DNA of 64,000 bases from the human T2T-CHM13v2.0 reference genome, Homo sapiens. Position 1 is the stretch's first letter. Every line of letters begins with the position of its first letter. The position numbers and the translations under genes were made by a program. The notes under the pieces are model-generated. The model had not been told where the DNA came from and did no database searches. It saw only the letters and a list, made by a program, of their open reading frames with translations. The stretch is taken from assembly GCF_009914755.1 (NCBI RefSeq), contig NC_060929.1. One strand, given 5' to 3'. Below, piece after piece: positions 52,390 to 64,000 of the stretch.

Positions 52390-54519
52390 ATAGGTACAGA
52401 AATCCTTTGCAGGCCAAGATGGTGGAAAAGTCAGGGGTGGGAACCTCAAAGCAAAGTGACAGCCACATTTTCTGCAGCAAGCCTTCCCTGAGTAAAATCC
52501 ACAGGCAGCATAGCCAGGAAGGAAGCCAACGGACTCTGGCCATGATCGCTGGCCTGGCCCCAGGACCTAGCTGCATACTTGGTGTGCCTCAGAAGTCACA
52601 GCTTCTACCTGAGTTTGTAGGTAAAAGCTGCAGTTCCCAGGTCTACAAAAAGTTCCTAGAAGTCAGATAGGGGCTACCCCCTAGTCACAGCCCCTCCTGT
52701 TCACTTGAATTAGAGGTTTCCTTAATAAATTCATTCATAAATTCCTAAATAAACTCATTTGTTAAATTTATAAAATTGAGACATTGACATCCACTTGTGA
52801 GGACTAAATAAAGTTACTATTCATATACCAGCAAGGGACCCAAACCCCTAGACCTTGGCTGGGGTTCTGCAAGGGCATGTGCTCATTTCAAAGTCCTGAT
52901 GCTGCAGCCAGGATCATTGACCACAGGATGTAGGTGGCCCTTGCCCATGTCAGCACCTTTTCCTCTGTGCCTTGTCCTCTAAAGTCTATTCAGATGGCTT
53001 TTTCATATGCAGCAGTTATTGAAATGGTCTCTGCACACCAATTATAATAACTGCACAGCCTTCAGCTTCCACCTGGGTGAAGTGTGCCAAATGCAATGTG
53101 AGAAATATTGAGGCAAAACTCATTATGGCATTTCTTTAAAAATACTTTCTACAATGTCTTACATCCGTGCTTATGAAAAATTAAAGAGATGAGCAGATCA
53201 TAGTTTATTTTAGATAGATTTCCTCATGCCATTTGCTCTTGATTTATTTTTCTTTCTTTTGAAGTCTGAATTTTCTTTTTTAAAATATGAAGCTCTCTTA
53301 CTGGCTTCGATTTTAGAAGATAAGCAACATATATTGTCTGCCAACTTTTCAAGGAAAGGAATTTTTCTATCTGAAATCGCATATTTTATCGTTTTAACAT
53401 CATTTTTTAAAAACGTTCAACCTTCTCAGGGAAATTACTTTGCATATAGTAATTTGATATTACATAACTATTTATTGGCATTATGCTTCTAGAATCAGAC
53501 CAATTTAAGGAATGTCTTTTTTAAATTTTTAAATAAAGAGGTGGTAGAAAAGAGAGGCACAGTGGAACATGTCTAGCCCAGATCTTTAGGCAGAATGCTT
53601 GTCAACTCTGGAAGGGTGACGGCTGTTCCTAATGCCATCTGGGGAAAGGGCTATGTTTTATAATTGTGTTAATCTCTTCCCAACCAGTCACTACTACAGG
53701 TTCTGACTTTTTGAGGTGAGAGAACCTTAGGTTTTGCCTGAAGCTGGTCATTAAGTGTTGCTAATGATAGCTTTCCTGAGGAAATTGGAAATAACAGGGT
53801 GTGATTTAATATAAATATGACATGTCAGGCGCTGCCCCCCAAAAATGTCATTGTTAATGTGGGATAACTTGAATTGCACAGAAAGTATTGCCCTGTTTTC
53901 AAGTAGAGTAGAAAAGGACTCTGATGCCTGAACAAATCTCTCGCACTGCCATTTTGATCAACGGCTCTTCATGGGAAAGGCAGGCAGCAGTGGGCTCTGG
54001 ATTCGGGCTGGAGCTGCAGGATGAAGCTATATTGCTTCCTTTTTATTTGTCCAGGCCACATGCCAAGTCAAAGAGGTGTCTTGTTCAGGATTCAGGCCTC
54101 TCACAGGGGTGCACACTCTTAGCAAGCAGATGAGAGCAAGAGGTCAGGATCTCCAGGAACGTGTGATGTTTTGAAACAAATCACTCCAAGATTTCCGTTG
54201 CCCACTCCTGCTTCCTAGTAAAAACTTGCATACACTTTCTTTAAAAGAGTTGTGATCTAAAAATTAAAATCCCAAATCCAAATAGAAAAAAAAGTATTAC
54301 TACATTAAGATTTTTTATTTACTTATATTTTTTACAAGACATCTCTATGTGATTCTCAAGGAATGAGAGGATGTTTAGGAACCTAGAGATAGGAAAAGCT
54401 CATGAAGAGTGAAATGAGCACATTGTTTGCTGGATACTGTGTGAAGGATGACATCCTCCAAGGTTCCATCTCTCACCAGAACCCATGCTGAGCTGCTTGG
54501 ACATGTGTGTGCACACATG

Positions 54520-54700
54520 TTAGCTGGATATCTGTGACCTTAGCAAGGCCACATGGCCTTTCTGACACTCAGTTTCTTCATTTACTGAATCTATAAAACT
54601 GAAACATTGACATCCACTTGCGAAGACTAAATGCATCACTAGACGTGAAAGCAACTAACCTAGCATCCAGCATGTGGTAAGGCATCCAATGAATGCCACT
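54520..54700 (+). mobile_element. MIR
   Basis: CTGTGACCTTAGCAAG...CTCAGTTTCTTCATTT...TATAAAA...GACTAAATG...GTGAAAGCA...GCATGTGGTAAGGCATCCAATGAATG. Confidence 0.75.
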
Positions 54701-55258
54701 TAAATATGAATTACTACAGACCAGTTTTGTTAAAGTAGAAGCATTGAATTCGTTCATTCGTTCTAAACCTTTAATGCATGCCTATGCTCTTTCAGCTCTT
54801 TCACAGTCTGTGCTTACAAAATTTAGCATCATTCAATTAAATGCGTTTCTCAGTAGAAAATCAGTGTGTTTCCCTACACAGGCTGCCGCCAGTCTCCAAC
54901 GTCCACATTCAGCATATCGAAATCACCCTCCCATGTCGGCACATTTGGATTGAACCCACTGTACAGGAGCAGCACAGTAGGTTGGCTGACCTGCAAGGCA
55001 GAAACCATCATGTAAGAGAATGCTCTTTGCCCATAATTCTCCTTTGTTTTATTTATTTATTGATCTCCATAATAGGGCAGCATTACCTTTGTAATTTAAA
55101 ACACTGGAAACATTGTAGATGTTGTGTATTTAGCTTTTAAAGTGTTATTTTGCAAATGCAAATTAAATCAACTGTTCAATCCGTGTCATGCTAGCCAAGA
55201 ACCATGTCAGGGTCACACCTTCCCAATTGCCTTCTTCTTCAGCACTATGATTTGTTAC

Positions 55259-56053
55259 TGCATTGGGTTGAATTGTGTCCCTTGCCCCCAAATTTATGCG
55301 TACTCAAAACCTCAGAATATGACCCTATTTAGAAATGGAGTCTTTACGGATGTCATCAAGTTAGGATGAGGTCCTTCTGGATAAGGGTCAGCCCTAAATC
55401 CAACGGCTAGGGTCTTCATACAACGGGGGAAGACATGAACACACAGAGGGAAGAAGGCTGTGTGGGGACAGCTGCAGAGCCTGCAAGATGCAGCTCTACG
55501 CCAGAAGTTGACAGGAGCACCAAAAGCTGGGAGAGGCCAGGAAGGATTCAGACTTTGAGCCCTTGGAGGGAGTGCAAGGCCTTAATTTCAGACTTCTGGA
55601 CTCCAGAATTGTCAGTAAATTTCTACTGTTGTATTATTGTTATTATTATACTTTAAGTTCTGGGGTACTTGGGCAGAATGTGCAGGTTTGTTACATAGAT
55701 ATACACACGCCATGGTGGTTTGCTGCACCCATCAACCTGTCATCTACATTAGGTATTTCTCCTAATGCTATCCCTTCCCTTGTCCCCTACTCCCCAACAT
55801 GCCCTGGTGTATGTTGTTCCCCTCCCTGTGTCCATGTGTTCTCATTGTTCAACTCCCACTTATCAGTGAGAACATGTGGTGTTTGGTTTTCTGTTTTTAT
55901 GTTAGTTTGCTGAGAATGATGGTTTCCAGCTTCATCCATGTCCCTGCAAAAGACGTGAACTCATCCTTTTTTATGGCTGCATAGTATAATTTCTGCTGTT
56001 TTAAGCCACCTGTTTGTGGTCCTTTTTTGTAGCAGCATCAGGAAACTAACTCA
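55259..56053 (+). mobile_element. MLT1C-like LTR split by an L1 insertion
   Basis: GGGTTGAATTGTGTCCC...ACCTCAGAATATGACC...CAGACTTCTGGACTCCAGAATTGT; resumes after the L1 at TTTTAAGCCACC...GGAAACTAACTCA. Confidence 0.88.
55631..55987 (-). mobile_element. L1PA7-like 5'-truncated 3' end
   Basis: TTATACTTTAAGTTCTGGGGTAC...GTCATCTACATTAGG...TTTATGGCTGCATAGTAT; TSD AATTTCT(A/G)CTGTT at 55618-55630 and 55988-56000. Confidence 0.94.
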
Positions 56054-57109
56054 GTTCCCAGCCTTGATTTCCTTTCCTTAGACTGCCCCTGCTTGTAAAG
56101 GGACAGACTTGGGCCCATGACAGCAGGCCTTGCCCAGTAGTCATGGTAGCTGGGTGTGAGTCTTTCTCCATCTGTTGCCTGCCGTGGGATCATGGGTGGC
56201 CTATTCGATCTAGCTGATCCTCAATTTCCACATAAATAAAAACAGGGCAATTGAAAAAGTTGGCGTATAACATTCTACTAATAAACATATAAAACCCTAT
56301 TAATAGCGATATTTATATATTTCTCATATGATAAGAACTATATGAAAAACATCTTCATGTTAGACCGAGATCAAATGGAAAACCATCTTTGATGATTTCT
56401 GCAAGTAATTTAGGGAGAATTTAATTTCAGCTATGCCTGCCACCTTTGAAATATATATCATGCACATTTGAATGCAAAGTGTTTGTAAAGTAAAAACTGT
56501 GGTTTCTAATAGCAAGGACATGACAAATGCCTGCTGAAAGCACAATTATAAATTAGTTTTGGATTTCTTGGGCAATGGGGGTGGAGGGTTAATATCATCA
56601 TCTGTACCCAGCTGAGTAGTCAAAAAAATCCTGGCCAATAACTTCAGTGATCAGCAGCTGGGGAGAGTTGGCTTAGACTCCGCCCTTTCCTCCTGTCTTC
56701 CTGCTGCAGCTTGCAGCAGCTGTACCTGGGAAGCCCACCAAATTCAGGCCAGGATGAAGTCAGTGGAGGCGCCAAAGGTAGGCAAGGTCTGTGTCTCAGT
56801 TGCCGTGTGTCTTCTCCCTCTGTGTCTCTCTGACACTTCTTCCTCAACATGGTTCATTCTCTTCCTAAGTCCCTCCAGCTAAGGCACCTGACTTGTCATT
56901 CATCTGTGTGTGCCTGTCTTCCCTCCTTTCCCAGCTCCTGTTGAGGACAGGGGTGTCTTGCTCATTGGCCTGAACAGAAGTGAGCTAGAGGGATCATCTG
57001 TCAATCATGGTGGCTTCTTAGAATACCCATTTGGGCATTCCCTCAAATAAATGGCAACTGAAACCCCATTGTGGCTGAGTAGTTATGCTTCAAAAATGGT
57101 CTTCATTCC

Positions 57110-57450
57110 TTTTATGTGTTATCCTTATGTTGTAAAAAAAATATAAGAACATGAAAATAAATTCAAAAGAAAACGATTATTTTCTCACCCCAACACTAGG
57201 TTGTTTTTGTATATTCCCTCCTAGTCTCATCCACACATACACAGATACTTCCCTAAGTTGTAATCAAAGAGTATAAATGTTTCTGTATTCTGCATTTTTA
57301 TTTAACATAAGCGTTTTTCTCTCCTGCTATGCAATTTTGTACACATTTTAAATGACTCTAATATTCTTCCAAGGGATATATTGGAATTTATCTTTCCATG
57401 TATTCACAGATATTTAAATAGTTTTTCTCCAAACAATTAAAAAGTTTTCT
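57110..57450 (-). mobile_element. L1ME-like old 3' fragment
   Basis: AT-rich degenerate L1ME-like text (TATATTCCCTCC, CTGCATTTTTATTTAACATA, TTTTAAATGACT). Confidence 0.4.
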
Positions 57451-57819
57451 TTATGTAGTTCTTTTCAGTCTAGGCTATTAATGCTAAGTATACAACTTTA
57501 AAGCTGCTTTATAAGATATGATTTACAATTTCAATTGTGTATTTTAGTAAATAAAGTGTAGTGGCCACCTCATGTCTATAGAAATGACTCATTTTTGCTG
57601 ACATAGATTATTTCCTTGGACACGTTCCTCAGATTGGAATTTCTGCAGTTTAGGGATCAAAATTCTGCCACCTTAACATATGTTATGAGGCTCTGTGTTT
57701 AGTCTGAATCAATATTCAGGGCCCATGTGGTTGCATGAGTGAGTGACCTTTCTTTACTAAATATTTGTTTATTAGGAAAATAAGAATTAACTATTAAACA
57801 TGTAATACACAAATATAAA

Positions 57820-57980
57820 TGATAATTCATTCCCATGACATAATGGCAACACTGAATCCCTCATACATATGTGAATAAGAAACTGTCTCAGAGAAGTGAG
57901 TAAGAGCCCCAACTTCCCTCAGTTGATGGGTGACAGAATGGAACTAATCATACAACTTCTTGAATTCCAGGACATGCTTT
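57820..57980 (-). mobile_element. MIR
   Basis: TGAATAAGAAACTGTCTCAGAGAAGTGAGTAA...GGTGACAGAATGGAACT...TTCCAGG. Confidence 0.6.
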
Positions 57981-58094
57981 ATGGAGAGTTAGTCCAGCAT
58001 GGTGCCAACCAACTCACGTTATTGATGTGAGTTGCCCTCCCAAGTCAGCTACTCAGGTCTACACATTTTATTTTATATTTTTCTTTAGTCAAAG

Positions 58095-58650
58095 AGAATC
58101 CATTTATTTATTCACGGAGTTCCTGTTGTGTGCTGGGCATAGTCATAGGAACTCAGGATGCAGAAGTAACCCACCCAACAAAGACCTGCTGTTAGGCGCT
58201 TACAGCATCATAACCAAGCAAACGCACAAAGAAGCAAGAAACGAAGGAACCGAACACATAGAAGTCATGCCATGCAGTGAAGTGATCTGGGGAGGAAGGC
58301 TGGTGTGTAGTGGTGGTTGGGAAGAGCCTCTATGACAAGGTGACATTTAAGCAGAGCTCCCAAGGAGGGGAAGAAGACAGTCAAGGGCTTATCAAGGAAA
58401 GAGCTTCCCCAGCTATAGGGGTAATAAGAGTGAAACCCTGTGCAGGAGAACAGGAAGATGAGCATGAGAAATGGGCAGAGCCAGACGGGAAACAGGAGAC
58501 AGACAGAGAGGGAGAGAGTAGCTAATGTCGGAGGACTGGTGGGAGGCTGGCTGATGTAGGACCTTCTGGGCTGTAGGACTGCCAACATTTTTCCAAGGGG
58601 GTAAGAAGCCATTGGAGAATTTTGATCAGAGAAGCAATATGATCTAAATT

Positions 58651-58697
<47 letters not shown>

Positions 58698-58950
58698 AAG
58701 GGTGCCCCTGGCTAGGAATAGGTGGAAGACAGCAAGAGTGGAAGCACCAAGATCTGTTAGCAGACTCAAAGACTCATGGTGCAGAAGTCCGACAGACAGG
58801 CGATGGCAGCCTGGGCTGGAGTTGTGACTCATGAATGGGAAATGAAGGTTCACTGAAAATATCCAGAAGACAGAGCCAATAGCATCTACCGATGAATCTG
58901 TTGTGGGGTGAGGGATAAAATTTGGAATTATGAGCACCTGGAAGGTTTTT
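58095..58950 (-). mobile_element. L2a 3' region containing a (GT)n repeat
   Basis: GTGTGCTGGGCA, AAGGTGACATTTAAGCAGAG, GAAGCCATTGGAGAATTTTGATCAGAGAAG...ATGATCT, GAAGACAGAGCCAATAG. Confidence 0.8.
58652..58695. repeat. (GT)22 microsatellite
   Basis: Perfect GT run. Confidence 0.97.
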
Positions 58951-60054
58951 TTTTCCCCTCAATAATGAAAGTGAGTTGTAACAGGTGTTGGGACTAAACG
59001 ATGGATGCATTTTACCCGTTGCACGTTACCATAAGCACTTTTAGAATTTTTCTATAGCACTGCCAATGGTTGTGTTTGTAAAGAACATTGTAATGAACGA
59101 GCACATTCATGCAATATTTTACCCTTTCATTAGCAATATGAGGGTTCGACGAGGAGTTGGCATACCATGCCATGCTGAGCTTGGAGTAGCATTGTACTAG
59201 GAGTAGTCAGGTACCCCAACACTTACTTTGAAAAGGTACAAAACATTGAGGCAGGTGGCAGATAAGATCAGAGGCTTGAGTAATGGAGGGGGAAGCAAGC
59301 CGATGCCACACCTATGCAGGTAGTGACGTCCAGGTAGTGATACTTCTGCAGATAAAGACAGGCACAGATTTGATAGTAGGAGAAAAAAAATGTATGTTAG
59401 AAAAAAGAGTGATGAACAGGATTGTGATTTGTGATCCTAAAGTAGCTCTTGTTAGTGTCTTGTTTTGGAATTTGTTTTGTTTTGTTTTGTTTTCTCCCTG
59501 TCTTGGTGTAATGCTCAGATTCTGTAAGTGAAAGAAAAATGATTCAAGCTATGCACATAGAGAAAAGATGAGCAAAGATGGGTTGGGGAAGCCCTCCTCG
59601 GCCCCTGCCTCTCCTGCTTATGTATGGGCCCCTGGAACTGGCCTTGCCTCCCTCCCTTTGGATCAGAAAATCCCTGGTACGGATGCCAATGTAAAGCAAA
59701 ATGGAAGTATTTGTGGAAAATCTTTTTACTTTTCTTTTGAGTTAAAACACATCACGAGGGTGTATCAAAGAAATTGATTGAATGTGCTGTGGAATTACAT
59801 GGGAATATACAAATAGATTTCTCTCAAGAGAGCAAAGGGAGCAAAAGACCAAGAGGAGGAAGGACTACAACTACCCAGGCATGTTCCATCCAGAGGTAAC
59901 AGTGGGAAAGATGAAGTGGTCAAAATAGTCCTCCTTCAACAGTGGAATGGCTGAGATTGTTTGATAGAACCTACAGAAAATTTCATCTGGAAATTCACTT
60001 CTGTGCTCCCTTTCTGCTGCCCACCAGTATCAAAAGCACAGTCAGCGTGAGAAA

Positions 60055-60490
60055 GAGAGTTCAATGCCTATTATTAACAAAAGTTAAATGTGACTGAGTG
60101 GCAACAGGGTGAAATATGCTGATGACACACAATCATTAGATGAGTCAAGACCACAGAGGAAAGTAAAGCCTCCTAGATGGGCTGAACAAAACTCAGTAAT
60201 TGGGCAACATGATGGCAGATGAAATTCACTGTAGACAAGCGCAAGGTGAAACTTACTGGGAGGAATAAATTAAATGCCTCGTCTGTGCCGAAGAGCTCTG
60301 AATTAGTTGTAACCTCCTGAGAATAAGATCTAAAAATCATCATAGCTCACTGAAAACATCTGCTCTATGCAGAGCACCAGTCAAAAAGAATGAACAAGAT
60401 GTCAGGCTGTGTGAAGAAGCAGATGAAAAATGCATGAATGATTTAAAGTCATTATAGCGAAAACCCATTGTATAATCTTTTGTAAAAACC
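60055..60490 (+). mobile_element. CR1/L3-clade LINE reverse-transcriptase fossil
   Basis: KYADDT at 60112-60129 and WQMKFTVDKRKV from 60213 (CR1-type WQMKFNVDKCKV); stops and frameshifts in between. Confidence 0.85.
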
Positions 60491-61689
60491 AAGAAAGAAA
60501 AACTTAAAAGTGGGGCGGAAACCAATGTAACAGGGGTCAATTCGTTATGCATATGTTAAGACTTCAAAATAGAAGGGAGAGAAATAAGCAGAATCGTTTT
60601 CTATTTTCACTTCCTATAAATGGATAATGTAATATAGTGTATGCAGAAGGACTAAAGTCAGCTTGAGTCATCTTCATTCAGGAAATGATTGCAGAAGACT
60701 AAATATGTCATGAAATTCCAGGGAAAACATATTTCAGGTAAAAGACTGTGAGGATTTCCTTCTAAGGGAACTGGTTTTAGTTTCTGCAGGTGGTGAGCAG
60801 CTTAAGTTGGAACCAAGTATTCAGGAAGGGGTTTCAAGAATTTTTTTTTTGTCAGCACATCTGGCCCAAGCCATCATATAGAAACCCATGGAAAAATTCA
60901 TTTCACGTTCACATTTAATGTCTCCCATTTCCCTCTACAAGCCAAAGTCTCTTCGTAGTGTCTTTGCATTTTCTCTGCTTCCTACACTTCATTCATTAGC
61001 CTCTCCCAGCCTCAGGGTTAGCACTCATTAGAAATATTGACAAGTTAGCCTTTACATAGCATTGATTTCTGTGTTTATTGAGAAGCCTCCTAGTATTTCA
61101 TACATGGAGATTCTGGTTCTTCCTTTATGTCACAATCACAAATTTTATTCAGCGATATGAATCTTCCAAGAAGAATGTATCCATTTTACTGAAGACTGAT
61201 AAAGAAGTTATTGTTACCAAAGCACTTAAATCCTGCACTTACTAGAAATAAACTCTGTTCTTTGAAACAAATTAGAGTGTGCTCTAAAAGGTGACTTGTT
61301 TACTGTTCTTTTTTGAAATAAAACATCACTGAATTTCATGTTGTGATTCTATTTAGGAGAAGCAGGATCAGTAAAAGCAGCACTTATAAAATGGAAACCT
61401 TCAGCAGCCTAGGCAGGGCCTTCCTGGATGGAACTGGTGAGGGGTCAGGTTTAAGACCTGCTGATTTAGACAGTCCACCTTCTGGCTTTGGAATCCTCAT
61501 TAAAATTGCCCTGCGAACCCTGGGCTTCCCACTCCTTTGCCCTGCAATGTTGCTTCTGTCGTGTGGCTGCACTGCTAACACCTTCATTACGTTCTGTCGC
61601 ACTAGATTGCATCATGGCTGGGTTCTTCTCCCCTTCCTCTACCCAGGCCCTTTGGCAGGTAACTTCACAGAGTCCTTTGACCCTGGATC

Positions 61690-62108
61690 CAGCAGCTTCT
61701 TCCCTTGATTTGGTTCAACCAATAGTGTAAGGCAGATGTAAGAGTGTGCAGGGTTCCAGCCCAGGCCTGGAGAGTCTTTGTGTTTCAGTTCTCTCTGGAG
61801 CCTCTGCCTTCATCATGAAATGGATGTGGTTGAGTTTGCCTGCTGATTTCATGAAAAGGGTTAGAGAAACATGGAGCAGAAGCCAGCTGATGCCCACTGG
61901 ATCCACATTCACAAGTGGGCCAGCCAAGACCAGACTAGATCAGCCAGTCCCAGACTTACTACAGGTGGGCGAGCCCAAGAGAAACTAACATAGACCAGCT
62001 TGCCTCATGCATCCTTACAGACTTACAGGAAATAGTGAATAAATATTGCTTTTTATATTACTAAAATTTGGAGTAGGTTTCTTGTGCAGCAAGAGCTAAC
62101 TGGTATAC
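61690..62108 (+). mobile_element. MLT1G/H-like MaLR LTR
   Basis: CCAATAG...GGCAGA.GTAA...TTCCAGCCCAGGCCT...ACATGGAGCAGA...AATAAATATTG...GCAGCAAGAGCTAACTGGTATA. Confidence 0.7.
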
Positions 62109-62124
62109 TTTTGCATTTATTTCC

Positions 62125-62245
62125 TCTCTCTCTCCTTCTAGAAAGTAGGGATCCCTGTCTGTTTTATTCACTGTTTTTTCCTAGAACTCGGACGTAAGTT
62201 CCTGACCCCTAGAAGGGACTCAGAAAATAATATTGAATGATGGCA
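62125..62245 (+). mobile_element. L2 3' end fragment
   Basis: AGGGATCCCTGTCTGTTTTATTCACTG...CCTAGAAC...CCTGAC...ACTCAGAAAATAATATTGAATGA. Confidence 0.65.
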
Positions 62246-62319
62246 TTCATCACTTAGTCAATCACCCTCGGCCATCAAATAGCCCTGAGCTCAACTATCA
62301 ATGTTTTGGCCCCTTGGAG

Positions 62320-62499
62320 CACTGGTTGGAAGAATCTTTCTATAAAAGTTAGATAACATGTATCTGAGGCTTTGTGAAGCCCTAGGTTCTTTTTTGTCGT
62401 TTTTGTTTTTGTTTTACAACTCTTTAAAAATTTAAAAACTATTTTTAACTTCAGGAGTGGACAATAAATAGCCCCCAGACTACGGTTGGTTGGCCCCTG
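62320..62499 (+). mobile_element. MER58C-like hAT MITE
   Basis: TTTCTATAAAAG...AGATA...AGGCTTTGTG...TTACAACTCTTTAAAAATTTAAAAACTATT...GGCCCCTG. Confidence 0.75.
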
Positions 62500-63086
62500 C
62501 CTAAAGGATGGCTTTTCCTGGATGCACACTGGCATTATACGTTGGGTTGTCCTGGTGCACATCAGGGCTCTCTTCTATGAAACTCATGATTCAATTATTC
62601 ATAGAGACTAAGATGGGAGCTGCTGCTGAATCAGCCGTATGGAGTTTTTCTCTATGGGCTCATCCCAAAAGGAGTGGCATTCCTGAGCCACTGTGTTGCT
62701 GCGGCTCATGGACGTATTGGAAACTGCCATGTTTCCATCATTCCCTTCCTCACGAGGAAGGCTCAAGACCAGTTTCCTGTCCTACTGTAAAACCAGGAAG
62801 CCTCGTGCATGTGTTTTTTGTAGGCATTTTTCTCTTTGTTTTACAACTTTCTCCCTCTCTCTCTTTTTTAATTGCTTCAAAGTTACCCTCTACTTATTTA
62901 TTCAATTATATGAACTGTAAAGTATCTGGATTCTTCTCATAAGAGGCAAATAATATATAAATAATTTTTAAAGTACAGTATTTATAAATTAAGATGTTCA
63001 TTAAACAGCTCATGAATTTGTGAATTTTAAAAATGAATCATGAAATAGTATTCTACCACAATAAACTAGTTGTATTTAAGGACTAA

Positions 63087-63418
<332 letters not shown>

Positions 63419-63449
63419 AATGAAGACGTCTTTTTACAAAATGACATAA

Positions 63450-63863
63450 GAGACAAAATATAGACTCAACCTAAGTGCCTGTCAAAGGATTAATGGATAA
63501 CAAAAATGTGGTAGGTATACTTAATGTAGTACTATTCAGTCATAAAAAAGAATGAAATCCTGCAATTTGCAAAATGAAGGAAATCCTGCCATTTGCAAAA
63601 AAGAATGAAATCCTGCCATTTGCAGCAACACAGATGTAACTGGAGGTCATTATTTTAAGAAAAATAAGCCAAACACAGAAAAACAAATATCACATGTTCT
63701 TACTCATACATGGAAACTAAAAGAGTGGATCTTATGATGATACAGAGTAGATTGGTGGTTACCAGAGTCTGGGAAAGGGATTAGGGAGAGGGAATGGAGG
63801 GAAAAAAAATGATATAAATTTATTTATTTTCACTGAGCTATACACTTAAAAGTCGTAAAAATG
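63450..63863 (+). mobile_element. L1MA-type 3' fragment with an internal 3-copy tandem duplication
   Basis: CAACCTAAGTG...AATGTGGTA...TACTATTCAG...TGGTGGTTACCAGAG...TACACTTAAAA. Confidence 0.85.
63544..63623. repeat. 26-27 bp tandem triplication within L1
   Basis: AAAAAAGAATGAAATCCTGC(A/C)ATTTGC at 63544 and 63597, variant copy at 63571. Confidence 0.9.
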
Positions 63864-64000
63864 GGCTGGGCATGGTGGCTCATGCTTGTAATCCCAGCAC
63901 TTTGGGAGGCCAAGGCAGGTGGATTATGAGGTCAGGAGATCGAGACCATCCTGGCCAACATGGTGAAGCCCAACTCTACTAAAAATACAAAAATCAGCAT
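63864..64000 (+). mobile_element. Alu (AluSc-like) left arm, cut by the window edge
   Basis: GGCTGGGCATGGTGGCTCA...GAGGTCAGGAGATCGAGACCATCCTGGCCAACATGG. Confidence 0.95.

Overview
Primate (human-like, hominoid) non-coding genomic DNA, either intronic or a gene desert. I see no convincing protein-coding exon, tRNA, rRNA or CpG-island promoter; the ORF track is explained by chance and repeats. Repeats make up much of the window: five Alus, L1 fragments (including a young 5'-truncated L1PA2-type copy with intact TSD and a 3.4 kb L1MA), L2/MIR fossils, a CR1/L3 RT fossil, MaLR/ERVL/ERV1 LTRs, DNA-transposon MITEs (MADE1, MER5A, MER47, MER53, MER58) and micro/minisatellites. Best leads: (1) a probable ~7.7 kb ancient inversion (~42360-50080), inferred from an MLT2 LTR split into two complementary pieces of opposite orientation; (2) a ~160 bp inverted duplication (22461-22620 / 23315-23472) whose mismatches are strongly biased to G-U-compatible pairs on the + strand; (3) a template-switch-type perfect hairpin at 5253-5292; (4) several unique, motif-rich or CpG-retaining blocks that look like enhancers. 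Repeat subfamily calls come from recalled consensus sequences, not database searches, and old-repeat boundaries are approximate.
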